Origin: a virus
Length of the DNA: 64,000 nt
Reading direction: 5' to 3' (one strand)
Virus record (IMG/VR): IMGVR_UViG_3300030104_006433
Span: 96,545-160,544 of that record
Shown: positions 54,053 through 63,069 of the stretch, one piece after another
How positions within the stretch are numbered: position 1 is the stretch's first letter
Layout: every line of letters starts with the position of its first letter
The notes under the pieces: generated by a model
The model's database searches: none
What the model saw: only the letters and a program-made list of their open reading frames with translations
What the model was told of the DNA's origin: nothing
Made by a program: the position numbers and the translations under genes

Positions 54053-54573
54053 GTGAAGTACCAAGTAAGCCATGGATGCATGATTCTGAAATTGATTTAA
54101 TAATTGCATTTCTAAATAAAGAACAAAGTATGTTAGAATGGGGCTGTGGTGGCAGTACTATGCTTTTTTCTAAATATGTTAAAAAATATTATTCCATTGA
54201 ACATAATAAAGAATGGTATGATAAAGTTAATGATAAAATTAAAAAAGATAAAATTAAAAATATACAAAATTACCATATTCCAACAGAGGATGGTGGGTCT
54301 GATTTTCCAAGCACTCCTGATAGATACAAAACATATATAGAATACCCTTCCCAGATTGGAAAGAAATATGATAGAATATTAATAGATGGAAGAGCTAGAC
54401 AATTTTGCTCTGAGTATTGTTTACCTTATCTTAAAGAAGGTGGTTTAGTATTTTTCCATGATTTTTGGATGCCAGGACGTGAAAGATATAGAAATATAGC
54501 TCTAAAATATTTTAATGAAGTAGCTTCAATAGTTCATTCATCCCAAACATTAGCCATTTTACAACCTAAATAA
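54049..54573 (+). CDS. SAM-dependent (polysaccharide O-)methyltransferase
   Basis: MLEWGCGGST, SIEH...W, ILIDGRAR, FFHD. Confidence 0.85.
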   Translation: MSEVPSKPWMHDSEIDLIIAFLNKEQSMLEWGCGGSTMLFSKYVKKYYSIEHNKEWYDKVNDKIKKDKIKNIQNYHIPTEDGGSDFPSTPDRYKTYIEYPSQIGKKYDRILIDGRARQFCSEYCLPYLKEGGLVFFHDFWMPGRERYRNIALKYFNEVASIVHSSQTLAILQPK

Positions 54574-54579
54574 TTAAAA

Positions 54580-56628
54580 ATGAATTATACTATAGAAAAC
54601 TTTAATTTAGAAGAGTATAATTTTAAATATGCCCATTGGTCTCATCCTTATATGGGTAAATTTAAGTTTACTTTAGATATGATTAACACCCAAAAAACTT
54701 ACCTATCTAAAGGAGACATAGTAATTGATATAGGAGCCCACTCAGGAGACACACCCATACTATATGCTAATGCTGTGGGTAAAGAAGGAAAAGTAATTTC
54801 CTTTGAAGCAAATCCTCATGCTTGTGAAATTTTAGAGGTCAACTCAAAATTAAATGACCATTTAAATATTATCCCAATAAATAAAGCAATTACTGAAACC
54901 CCTGGAAAATATACTTTCCATTACTCAGATTATGGATTTTGTAATGGGGGTTTTGCTGAAGAAATTGACAAAGGGATAGGAGCAACAGGCCATATAGTAC
55001 CATTAGAAGTAGAAGGTGTAAATTTAACAGATTGGTTAGAAGATAATTTACCTAAAAAAGAATGGAATAAAATAAGTTTTATAAAAATTGATACAGAAGG
55101 ATATGATTATAAAATTTTAAGATCTAACAAAAATTTATTCAACCAAATTAGACCTATTTTAGAAGTTGAACTTTACCCAGATTTATCAATTAGAGAAGTA
55201 ATAGAATTTTATAAAATATTAAAAGAATTAGGATATGAAGTTTTTCAACAAAATAAACGAAGAGATTGTTCCTTAAATTCTTTATCCTTAGGTTTAGAAG
55301 AACAAGACTTTATTAATATATTCAAAAATATAAAATCAGGAGAAGATATAGTTGCTTACCCTAAAGAAAAAGTACCAAAAAATAAATTAAAACAACCTAT
55401 GAAAATATCAATTATCCAACCAAGTAGAAATAATCTTAAATACCTTAAATGGTCATATGATTCAATTCGTAAAAACCAAGGTGACCATGAAGTAGAAATT
55501 TGTGTAGCAGATGACTTTAGTGATAAGGATAATACTTGGGAATGGTGTAAAGAAATGATGGAAAAAGACCCATTATTTAAGGCAATTAGAAATGAAGGAC
55601 CAACACGTTTAGGTCATACTATATTATATGATACTTTAGTAAATGAAGTAGCTACAAATGATATTTGCATGATTTATCATGCTGATATGTACTTATGTCC
55701 TTATGCTTTAGATGCAATTGAGAAACAATTAAAAGAGAAAACAATAGTATCTCTTACCAGAATTGAACCGCCATTACACCCACCAGGACCAGAAAAAATA
55801 TTATTTGATTGTGGAATTGAACCTGAAGAATTTAGTGAAGAAACTTTAATGGCTCATTTACAAACAACAAGTTTAGATAGACTAGATAAAACCACTGAAG
55901 GAATATTTGCACCTTGGGCATTTTATAAAAAAGATTTTCAAGAAATAGGGGGACATGATGCTATATTTGCCCCTCAATCAAAAGAAGATACAGACATATT
56001 TAATCGTTTTCAATTAAATGGTATTAAATTTATTCAAACCTGGGAAGGATGTGTCTACCATATGACTTGTAGAGGATCAAGGTTTGCGGATGGAGCTAAA
56101 CGTAATCCAAATGGTGAGGTGTTTATGAAAAATAGAGAAACAGATGAATGGCTAATACAAAATCAAAAATCAACAAGAGAATTTATTCGTAAGTGGGGTC
56201 ATTATTGTAAACATGATCAATTGATGAAACCAATTATACCTCCTAAATATAATGTAGGTATTAGAGTTAAAAATTGTCATCCTGAATTGTTATATCATTT
56301 AGAACCTTGGTGTGATAGAATATATGTTGATTTAGAGGATTTTGTTTTATATCAAGAAAAAGAACAACCTAACACTTCATTTGATCTAAATAAAAGATTA
56401 CATGGTGCTGAATATGTTGATGAAGCTGAAGACAAATATGATTATGATGATATAATTGTTGAAATAAATGGAACTTCATTTAAACAACAGGATATGCAGT
56501 TAATATCTCAATTATCAGAAATACTACAAGATAGTGGTGAAATAGGATCATTTGAGCTAGGTAATTTAAAAATTACTATTAATAGTTTAGAAACATATGA
56601 AAAAGATTTAATTAAAGTTACAAATTAA
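54580..56628 (+). CDS. FkbM-family methyltransferase fused to a GT2 glycosyltransferase
   Basis: IDIGAH.G, FEAN, IKIDTEG.D, then MKISIIQPSRNN..DD.S, HADM, EDTD. Confidence 0.85.
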   Translation: MNYTIENFNLEEYNFKYAHWSHPYMGKFKFTLDMINTQKTYLSKGDIVIDIGAHSGDTPILYANAVGKEGKVISFEANPHACEILEVNSKLNDHLNIIPINKAITETPGKYTFHYSDYGFCNGGFAEEIDKGIGATGHIVPLEVEGVNLTDWLEDNLPKKEWNKISFIKIDTEGYDYKILRSNKNLFNQIRPILEVELYPDLSIREVIEFYKILKELGYEVFQQNKRRDCSLNSLSLGLEEQDFINIFKNIKSGEDIVAYPKEKVPKNKLKQPMKISIIQPSRNNLKYLKWSYDSIRKNQGDHEVEICVADDFSDKDNTWEWCKEMMEKDPLFKAIRNEGPTRLGHTILYDTLVNEVATNDICMIYHADMYLCPYALDAIEKQLKEKTIVSLTRIEPPLHPPGPEKILFDCGIEPEEFSEETLMAHLQTTSLDRLDKTTEGIFAPWAFYKKDFQEIGGHDAIFAPQSKEDTDIFNRFQLNGIKFIQTWEGCVYHMTCRGSRFADGAKRNPNGEVFMKNRETDEWLIQNQKSTREFIRKWGHYCKHDQLMKPIIPPKYNVGIRVKNCHPELLYHLEPWCDRIYVDLEDFVLYQEKEQPNTSFDLNKRLHGAEYVDEAEDKYDYDDIIVEINGTSFKQQDMQLISQLSEILQDSGEIGSFELGNLKITINSLETYEKDLIKVTN

Positions 56629-57029
56629 TGAGAGAGAGTTTAAAAACTGAGTTACGTAAATTAGGAGGAAAAAACCTAACAGTTAAAGAAAATCCTAAAT
56701 CTATTTTAAAAAAACATAAGAAAGTTTTTACAGAAATTGTACTTGATTTAAAAAACCTTCATATGAGAAGTGAAATTTTAGATATTAAATATGGAGTACA
56801 TCTAGTACATTTTGAAGATGAGCATTATAAAATAATAGAGCAACTTCTTATAGAAACATATGGAATAGCAGCTGCTGAGGTAATATTTTGGTGGGTTTAT
56901 AATTTTAACACAGAATCAAAACCTGAAGATTATTATATTGAGGAAGAAAATACTGGAAAGAAATATTATGTTAAAACTGAAAACCAACTATACACCCTAT
57001 TAAAAAAATTAAAATTATTTAAACAATAA
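56628..57029 (+). CDS. Hypothetical protein
   Basis: 133 aa ORF overlapping the upstream stop. Confidence 0.6.
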   Translation: MRESLKTELRKLGGKNLTVKENPKSILKKHKKVFTEIVLDLKNLHMRSEILDIKYGVHLVHFEDEHYKIIEQLLIETYGIAAAEVIFWWVYNFNTESKPEDYYIEEENTGKKYYVKTENQLYTLLKKLKLFKQ

Positions 57030-57042
57030 AAAACTTAATGAT

Positions 57043-57351
57043 ATGTATACAGTAATTGATGAAATAATGAATTGTATTAAATGTAATATTGAAATACCAC
57101 CTAAAAGATTAGAAATCCTTCCAGGAACTAAGACTTGTGTTAACTGTTCTACAGAATCAGCTAAAAGAGGAGTCCCAGTTATGAGAGGAACAGGTGATCA
57201 TACTTGGGTTGATTTAGAAGTAATGACACAAGAACAATATGAGCAATATGAAGAATTAAAAAAACCACCATCTAAAAGAACAAAATCTGACAGTTCTACT
57301 AATAAAGATAATTTAAAAGGACCATTTAATATAATTGATCCTGAAGATTAA
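57043..57351 (+). CDS. DksA/TraR-type C4 zinc-finger protein
   Basis: CIKC..EIP.KRLEILP.T.TCVNC. Confidence 0.75.
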   Translation: MYTVIDEIMNCIKCNIEIPPKRLEILPGTKTCVNCSTESAKRGVPVMRGTGDHTWVDLEVMTQEQYEQYEELKKPPSKRTKSDSSTNKDNLKGPFNIIDPED

Positions 57352-57353
57352 AA

Positions 57354-57998
57354 ATGCCAAAAGCTAAACCCATATCAAAAGAAATGTGTTTAGCTGCTAT
57401 GAATAAAACAAAATCAGTAAAAGCAGCAGCTAGATATCTAAATTGTTCTTACCATCATTTAAAGCGTTATATGAAGCTTTACACAGATGAAGAAACAGGT
57501 AAAACCTTGTTTGAATTACATAAAAACCAACAAGGTAAAGGTATACCTAAATTTTTATCATCAAAGGGTAAAGAGCCTGTTTTATTAGATATAATTGAAG
57601 GTAGAGTAGATGTTTCATCATTCACACCAGAGAAAATAAAATATAGACTAATAACTGAGGGTTATTTAGAAGAATGTTGTAGTGAATGTGGTTTTGAAGA
57701 AAGAAGAGTAACAGATTATAAAGTACCTTTAATATTAAATTTTAAAGATAAAAATAAAAAGAACTATAATAAAAATAATATTCATTTTCTTTGTTATAAT
57801 TGTTACTTCCTATATATTGATAATGTATTTACTGAAAAAGATATTGAACAATTAGAAGATCATGTTCCTTTAAATAAAACAACAGAGGCTATTAATTTTG
57901 AATTAGATGATTATCATATGAAAAGACTAAAAGAATTAGGTTTAGATGGTGATAAAAAAGATGATAATGATCCTTATAACCTTGTCAGCTATAAATAG
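57354..57998 (+). CDS. HTH plus HNH-like (degenerate) endonuclease-fold protein
   Basis: AAARYLNCSY HTH; CSECG...N....N..FLCYNC. Confidence 0.65.
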   Translation: MPKAKPISKEMCLAAMNKTKSVKAAARYLNCSYHHLKRYMKLYTDEETGKTLFELHKNQQGKGIPKFLSSKGKEPVLLDIIEGRVDVSSFTPEKIKYRLITEGYLEECCSECGFEERRVTDYKVPLILNFKDKNKKNYNKNNIHFLCYNCYFLYIDNVFTEKDIEQLEDHVPLNKTTEAINFELDDYHMKRLKELGLDGDKKDDNDPYNLVSYK

Positions 57999-58005
57999 AT
58001 TCAAA

Positions 58006-58037
58006 TTTGGCTTTTATTTAATCTTTACTTATATTTA
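58006..58037 (+). promoter_or_regulatory. Bacteroidota-type promoter
   Basis: TTTG 58006, N20, TATATTTA 58030. Confidence 0.7.
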
Positions 58038-58043
58038 TAAGGG

Positions 58044-58226
58044 ATGAGGAAAAAAAGAAAAATACAACCTCTTAAGAAAAAAAAGCATGATAAAATTGTA
58101 AAAGATTTCAAAAATGCTAAACAAAACCACCTAGAAAAATTAGCTACTAAGACTCTTAAGAAAGATGAATTTTTCCAAAAGTTGAAAGGAAAAGAAATTA
58201 ATAATAAATTTTTAGACTTATTTTAA
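58044..58226 (+). CDS. Small basic protein
   Basis: 60 aa, Lys-rich. Confidence 0.55.
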   Translation: MRKKRKIQPLKKKKHDKIVKDFKNAKQNHLEKLATKTLKKDEFFQKLKGKEINNKFLDLF

Positions 58227-58228
58227 TT

Positions 58229-58540
58229 ATGCCTAGAGAATTTGAAGTAAAAAATGCTGAGGAGTTTGAAATGATGCTTAAGAATGGAGATATAAGAGTC
58301 TCAGAAGCATTAGTATCAACAGTTTTAAAAAATTTAAAAAGTACAAAAAGATATCACCATGCTTTGAGTGTAATATCTCTTGATGAAGATGCTATCTACG
58401 ATATTACTATTCATAAAAAAGATTTTTATCATACTTTATCAGAAAGTTTAATTAAGTATGAGGAAGAAGAAAGATATGAGGATTGTGCTAAAATAAAAGA
58501 AGCTTTAAATTATTTAAAAACAATAGATGATAATAACTAG
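58229..58540 (+). CDS. Hypothetical protein with C-terminal UVR-like motif
   Basis: EEERYEDCAKIKEAL. Confidence 0.6.
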   Translation: MPREFEVKNAEEFEMMLKNGDIRVSEALVSTVLKNLKSTKRYHHALSVISLDEDAIYDITIHKKDFYHTLSESLIKYEEEERYEDCAKIKEALNYLKTIDDNN

Positions 58541-58676
58541 AGGTCTTAAAGAAATCTTAGAAGATTTTTCTGATAAAGAATTTAGCTTATTAGTCCAATC
58601 AGACCCATATTTTTTATTTGATTTCTGTTATATGTTATCTTTAGAAATCCAGTTAAGTAAAGAAAATAAAAATTAA
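58527..58676 (+). CDS. Small hypothetical protein (49 aa, not in track)
   Basis: MIITRGLKEILEDFSDKEF... Confidence 0.4.
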   Translation: MIITRGLKEILEDFSDKEFSLLVQSDPYFLFDFCYMLSLEIQLSKENKN

Positions 58677-58717
58677 ATAAATAATAACTTTTCTATATTT
58701 ATAACATATAAAATATT

Positions 58718-59080
58718 ATGGCTACATTAACATTTAATAATCAATCACAAGGCACATCATATGTTGTTATATCAATAATTGCTGACCCTATTACTGGTAA
58801 AATATCAAACACTCCAAAATATATATCAGGTTCAACCTTTACAAGTTTAACAAATATAGATAGAGATATGATTGTTAATGATGATTATAAAGTAGGAATA
58901 ATTGTACCTGAGGGTAATTCATCACTTGTTTACACCCCAGGATTAACAATACCCTCAAATGAATCAATAATTAGAGGAGCTGGAAATTGTAGTGTTACTA
59001 TAACAGGAGCTCCTTCCACTATAAATGTATCATCAGAAGAACTAAATAGTACTGGTGTAACTTTACCACAAATACAATAA
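58718..59080 (+). CDS. Ser/Thr-rich beta protein, possible virion protein
   Basis: Preceded by TATTTATA at 58696. Confidence 0.55.
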   Translation: MATLTFNNQSQGTSYVVISIIADPITGKISNTPKYISGSTFTSLTNIDRDMIVNDDYKVGIIVPEGNSSLVYTPGLTIPSNESIIRGAGNCSVTITGAPSTINVSSEELNSTGVTLPQIQ

Positions 59081-59108
59081 CATCTATTTTTATTTTTTTC
59101 TGGATTTG

Positions 59109-59140
59109 TTTGGCTTTTGGCTAAATAGATGTTATATTTA
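59109..59140 (+). promoter_or_regulatory. Bacteroidota-type promoter
   Basis: TTTG 59109, N20, TATATTTA 59133. Confidence 0.75.
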
Positions 59141-59160
59141 GGTAATTAAAAATTAGGGTT

Positions 59161-59322
59161 ATGAATAAATACAAATATTACTTTTTATCAGATTCATCAA
59201 AAGAAGCAATTGGTAAAATTAGAGCTTTTAATAGAAAAAAAGCAATTAAAAAAGCAGCTTTAAAAAAGCAGTTAGGCTTAAGACAATTTTTAAAATTATT
59301 TGGAGTGGAGGAAATAAAATGA
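59161..59322 (+). CDS. Small basic protein (53 aa, not in track)
   Basis: MNKYKYYFLSDSSKEAIGKI...; ATGA overlap with the next gene. Confidence 0.55.
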   Translation: MNKYKYYFLSDSSKEAIGKIRAFNRKKAIKKAALKKQLGLRQFLKLFGVEEIK

Positions 59323-59588
59323 AAAGAGGAAGACCAGTAGAACAACCAACAGAAGTATTAGAAAAATTTACTAGAGTAGTCAAACATTCAGATGGTTCAG
59401 TAACCACTTGGTTTTATGATTATACTAAAACAAAAAATGGACCAATAAAAACAGAAACTAAGTATCCTAAAGGGATGTTAGATTGGGAACAAGTTCAAGA
59501 ATCATTACCTAAAACAAAAAGAAAATATGCTTTAGATGATGGTAGAATAGTTGGTTATACAAGAGCAAGAGAATTAGGAGTTATATAA
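59319..59588 (+). CDS. Hypothetical protein
   Basis: 89 aa, N-terminal RGRP. Confidence 0.6.
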   Translation: MKRGRPVEQPTEVLEKFTRVVKHSDGSVTTWFYDYTKTKNGPIKTETKYPKGMLDWEQVQESLPKTKRKYALDDGRIVGYTRARELGVI

Positions 59589-59600
59589 ATAAAATAAGTT

Positions 59601-59852
59601 ATGAAAATAAAGTCAAAAACAACAAATAAACCGGTTACTAAAACTTGGGAAAATGGATTAAGAGCAATTAAAGAAGGCAGAAGAGATGATGCTAGAGATT
59701 GTTTTGATATGGGTATAGTAATGATAGCAACTTATGCTGATGATGGCCATGTAGAAGATGATTATATGATTGAAGGTGTAAGAAAAGGATTATGGCATAC
59801 TAGATTTTGGAAAGTTGGATTAGAAAATAACAACTTATTATTAGGATCATAA
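59601..59852 (+). CDS. Hypothetical protein
   Basis: 83 aa. Confidence 0.6.
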   Translation: MKIKSKTTNKPVTKTWENGLRAIKEGRRDDARDCFDMGIVMIATYADDGHVEDDYMIEGVRKGLWHTRFWKVGLENNNLLLGS

Positions 59853-59862
59853 AAAATAAATT

Positions 59863-60102
59863 ATGAGTACAACATTTGGAGTAAATATTAAAAATGGGGA
59901 TATGGATGAAGTTGTTGAGATAGCATTTCGAAGTAATGGAATGAGATTTACAAATGATTTAGCATGGTTATTAGAGGATAATACACCTGTATTCCCTCTA
60001 GATAATACAGCCCAAGGTGTTTATACAGTAGGTGATATTAAAAAAGAAATAGCAAAAACAGATCCAGATGCTCAATACTGGAGAACAGTTGAAGTGAAAT
60101 AA
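59863..60102 (+). CDS. Hypothetical protein
   Basis: 79 aa; PLDNTAQG. Confidence 0.6.
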   Translation: MSTTFGVNIKNGDMDEVVEIAFRSNGMRFTNDLAWLLEDNTPVFPLDNTAQGVYTVGDIKKEIAKTDPDAQYWRTVEVK

Positions 60103-60121
60103 AAACTTTTGTATGTGAATA

Positions 60122-60153
60122 TTTGGCTACCAGAGATATTGATGTTATATTTA
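60122..60153 (+). promoter_or_regulatory. Bacteroidota-type promoter
   Basis: TTTG 60122, N20, TATATTTA 60146. Confidence 0.75.
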
Positions 60154-60205
60154 CAAAGTAAGAAAGTTAAAAAATGTTAAATAAAGGTTATAAAAAATAA
60201 AAATT

Positions 60206-60502
60206 ATGAGTAAATATAGAGAATTATCAATAAATCCTCCTAAATTAAAGTTAGAAGGTAAACCAAGAGAAATTAAAATTAACTTAATTAGTTGTATGTG
60301 TGACAATTCATATAGATGGACTATAAAACAAAATGATGAAGGAGATTATAGAATTCACACACATGGTTTTGCTTATAGTAATTGGCAAATACCACATAGA
60401 AAAGATGATATTGAATGGACAGCTGATGAAGGTAATTGGAAAGAAGTATTTAAAATGATAAATACAGGAACAAGTAAAATTGAATCAATTAAATATAGAT
60501 AA
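60206..60502 (+). CDS. Hypothetical protein
   Basis: 98 aa; SCMCDN. Confidence 0.6.
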   Translation: MSKYRELSINPPKLKLEGKPREIKINLISCMCDNSYRWTIKQNDEGDYRIHTHGFAYSNWQIPHRKDDIEWTADEGNWKEVFKMINTGTSKIESIKYR

Positions 60503-60503
60503 A

Positions 60504-60674
60504 ATGAAAAAACAAGTTTTAAAATGGTATCCAGTTGGTATAGCTTTTATATGCTTACTGTATTCAGTAGGTTTAGGATTATATGGTAACACAGCAGAGG
60601 CAATGTATTCAGCTCACTGGCCTGGTACTATATTATTATTTTCAATAGCAATTAATCAAATTAAAAGACAATGA
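60504..60674 (+). CDS. Small membrane protein
   Basis: MKKQVLKWYPVGIAFICLLYSVGLGL...; ATG at 60504 within the track ORF. Confidence 0.55.
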   Translation: MKKQVLKWYPVGIAFICLLYSVGLGLYGNTAEAMYSAHWPGTILLFSIAINQIKRQ

Positions 60675-60889
60675 GTATAATATTTTTTGGAATAGGGTTT
60701 ATTATATTTTCACTTTATCTTATTCTTTTAGTATGGAATATAATTTACAATGGTAATAAACAAGAGGAAGAGAATTATCCAAATCTAATTGTTAATGACC
60801 ATGATGTTATAGATATGGATGGTGTAGGTAATCAAGGTAGAGTGCCTTTAAAAAGTAGAAGAAATAAGAAAAAATCAATAATAAAATGA
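60671..60889 (+). CDS. Small single-TM protein
   Basis: N-terminal TM, then DMDGVGNQGR. Confidence 0.6.
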   Translation: MSIIFFGIGFIIFSLYLILLVWNIIYNGNKQEEENYPNLIVNDHDVIDMDGVGNQGRVPLKSRRNKKKSIIK

Positions 60890-61029
60890 ATAAAAATTTA
60901 ACCGTGGAAGATGTATGTAGATTCATTTCAACAGCAAAACCTAAAGATTTATATTTTATACAAAAAACTATAGAATTAAAAAGACAAGAAAAAACAAATA
61001 ATATGTTTGAAGGAGCAACTAATTTATGA
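60886..61029 (+). CDS. Small hypothetical protein (47 aa, not in track)
   Basis: ATGA overlaps at both ends. Confidence 0.5.
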   Translation: MNKNLTVEDVCRFISTAKPKDLYFIQKTIELKRQEKTNNMFEGATNL

Positions 61030-61367
61030 ATTTATTATACGGAATATTTTATTTTTTATTAGCACACATATGTGCTTTCATTCAACTTAATGGTCAATTT
61101 AAGTGGGAATGGTTTGCAAAACATGAATGGGTGATAGCATTATTTGGGGTTCCAATGTCTTTTTTCTATATATGGGGTACAAAATATACTGTTGCTGGTA
61201 TGGATGGCATGTTATGGCCTACTAGATTTATAGGATTTGGTATTGGGATTATTATATATGCTATTTTGGTTAATTGGTTTTTTGGAGAAGGGTTTAACAC
61301 TAAAACAATAGTTTCAATTCTTCTTTCAATAACTTTAATAGCTATTCAAGCTTTTTGGAAAAATTAA
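61026..61367 (+). CDS. Four-TM SMR/DMT-like membrane protein
   Basis: 113 aa with four hydrophobic helices; W..RFIGF, FFGE. Confidence 0.6.
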   Translation: MNLLYGIFYFLLAHICAFIQLNGQFKWEWFAKHEWVIALFGVPMSFFYIWGTKYTVAGMDGMLWPTRFIGFGIGIIIYAILVNWFFGEGFNTKTIVSILLSITLIAIQAFWKN

Positions 61368-61455
61368 CATATTTATAACCATACACTAGTTTTATCTTTA
61401 ATTTGTTTCCTTTAATAAGAGTAATTGTATTATTAACCTTATTAAAATATGAAAC

Positions 61456-62241
61456 ATGATACTAGGATTCAACTTAATTGGTTTTTTAATTATAATTTTA
61501 CCACCCTTATTATATGCTTGGATAATTTATTTATCTGCTCCATTCAAATCACTAACCATAAAAAACTCCATTAGTTTTGTTGTTGGAGGTATATTTTCAG
61601 TCGTAATATTAACTTTTATATCATTCTTTTTTCCTTATTGGAATTTTTATTATTTTTTAGATCCATTTTGGCAAAGTTTTTGGGCTGTGGCTCCTAAAGA
61701 AGAATTAGCTAAATTTTTAATGTTTTTAATTATATATAAAGGAATGGATGATGAATCACAACACCACCCAATAACTTATATGTTTTATTTAGGTATGTTA
61801 GGTTTAGGTTTTGCTTTAGTTGAAAATATTCAATATGTGGCTAGATATGGATTTAAAATATTAATTATTAGAGATTTCGGAGCTGTATTTGTTCATATGA
61901 TTTGTGGTTTGTTATTTGGATATTGGCTGGGAATGAGTAAAATTCCTAAAACAAAATCTTCATTAAAAACTATATCTTCTTCTTATTTAAAATCTAGACC
62001 AAAATTAAAATCATTCTTATATATAATAATGGGCTTAATAACGGCCTCAATTTTTCATGGTTTATGGAATTATCATTTATCAGTTTTTGGTATATCTTCA
62101 AAACCTATATCAATTATAATATTAATGATAGGATTTTTAGCGTGTAAACTATTATCAAGGGATTTAATTAATCAATATGAAAAATCAATCCATTATGAAC
62201 CTTTAAAATCAAGATTAGATAATGATTTAGATAATTATTAA
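61456..62241 (+). CDS. PrsW-family intramembrane metalloprotease
   Basis: EELAK, GLGFALVEN..Y, VHM, HGLWN. Confidence 0.85.
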   Translation: MILGFNLIGFLIIILPPLLYAWIIYLSAPFKSLTIKNSISFVVGGIFSVVILTFISFFFPYWNFYYFLDPFWQSFWAVAPKEELAKFLMFLIIYKGMDDESQHHPITYMFYLGMLGLGFALVENIQYVARYGFKILIIRDFGAVFVHMICGLLFGYWLGMSKIPKTKSSLKTISSSYLKSRPKLKSFLYIIMGLITASIFHGLWNYHLSVFGISSKPISIIILMIGFLACKLLSRDLINQYEKSIHYEPLKSRLDNDLDNY

Positions 62242-62251
62242 AACAAAAACT

Positions 62252-62839
62252 ATGGAAAGTAATAAATTATGCAAAAAATTATATGATACAAGTAATGAAC
62301 CTTATATTATAAACACCACCAAATGGGGAAAATCAATGGGAAATGAATTATACGGAGAAATAACATATGAGGGAACAACATCCCTAATAAAATATTTTAA
62401 CACATACTTCACAAAAAATACAGTTTTTTATGATTTAGGGTCAGGACTAGGGAAAATGGTTATCCATATGGGGAATCTAATCCCAGGTATTAAAAAATCA
62501 ACAGGAATAGAATATAGTAAAGAGAGGTACCAATATTCTCTTGAGGTATTAAATAACAATAAAGACTTAAAAAATAAAACAATAAATTTAATTAATGGTG
62601 ATATTTTTAAAACTGACATATCTGACGCTACTGTTTGTTATATGGATAACACTGTTATGTCCAGTACTGAACATGGTAATGTAATATGGAACTTAATTCC
62701 TCAGGGATGTTTATTTATATTTGCTGTCCCTTTTGGATGGGATAGTATTATAAACAAACATACATCACAATTAAGGGATATTGGTTATAAAAAAACATAT
62801 GGAAAACAAGATTGGGTTAGTTATGCTATAAAAAGTTAA
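62252..62839 (+). CDS. DOT1-like SAM-dependent methyltransferase
   Basis: YGEIT, FYDLGSG.GK, GIE...R, GD. Confidence 0.75.
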   Translation: MESNKLCKKLYDTSNEPYIINTTKWGKSMGNELYGEITYEGTTSLIKYFNTYFTKNTVFYDLGSGLGKMVIHMGNLIPGIKKSTGIEYSKERYQYSLEVLNNNKDLKNKTINLINGDIFKTDISDATVCYMDNTVMSSTEHGNVIWNLIPQGCLFIFAVPFGWDSIINKHTSQLRDIGYKKTYGKQDWVSYAIKS

Positions 62840-62880
62840 TTTATTATATTATATTTATTAATGATAATAATAAAATAAAA

Positions 62881-63069
62881 ATGTTTAATCAGTTATATAG
62901 ACATCAAGGTAATCTTTACCAAATTGTAAGAAAAATAAAAATAGAAAGATTTTTAAATCAAGACCAAGTGAAAGAATATAGAGATCATATTGATTCAAAT
63001 CATGTTTTAAAAGATAAAACCCACTATATATTTTGCAGAGTTGTTGAAGATGCTGAAATAATAGAATGA
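62881..63069 (+). CDS. Small hypothetical protein
   Basis: 62 aa. Confidence 0.55.
   Translation: MFNQLYRHQGNLYQIVRKIKIERFLNQDQVKEYRDHIDSNHVLKDKTHYIFCRVVEDAEIIE

Noticed and set aside
54146-54340. +1-frame ORF inside a methyltransferase gene
   Set aside because: GTG start, only mild codon bias and a low-complexity K/I product; insufficient support.
197-62619. Minus-strand ORFs of 60-135 aa in the track (e.g. 197-442, 8270-8590, 24395-24802, 41072-41320)
   Set aside because: All lie antisense to well-supported genes, have shadow-like composition and lack promoters; they are expected by chance.
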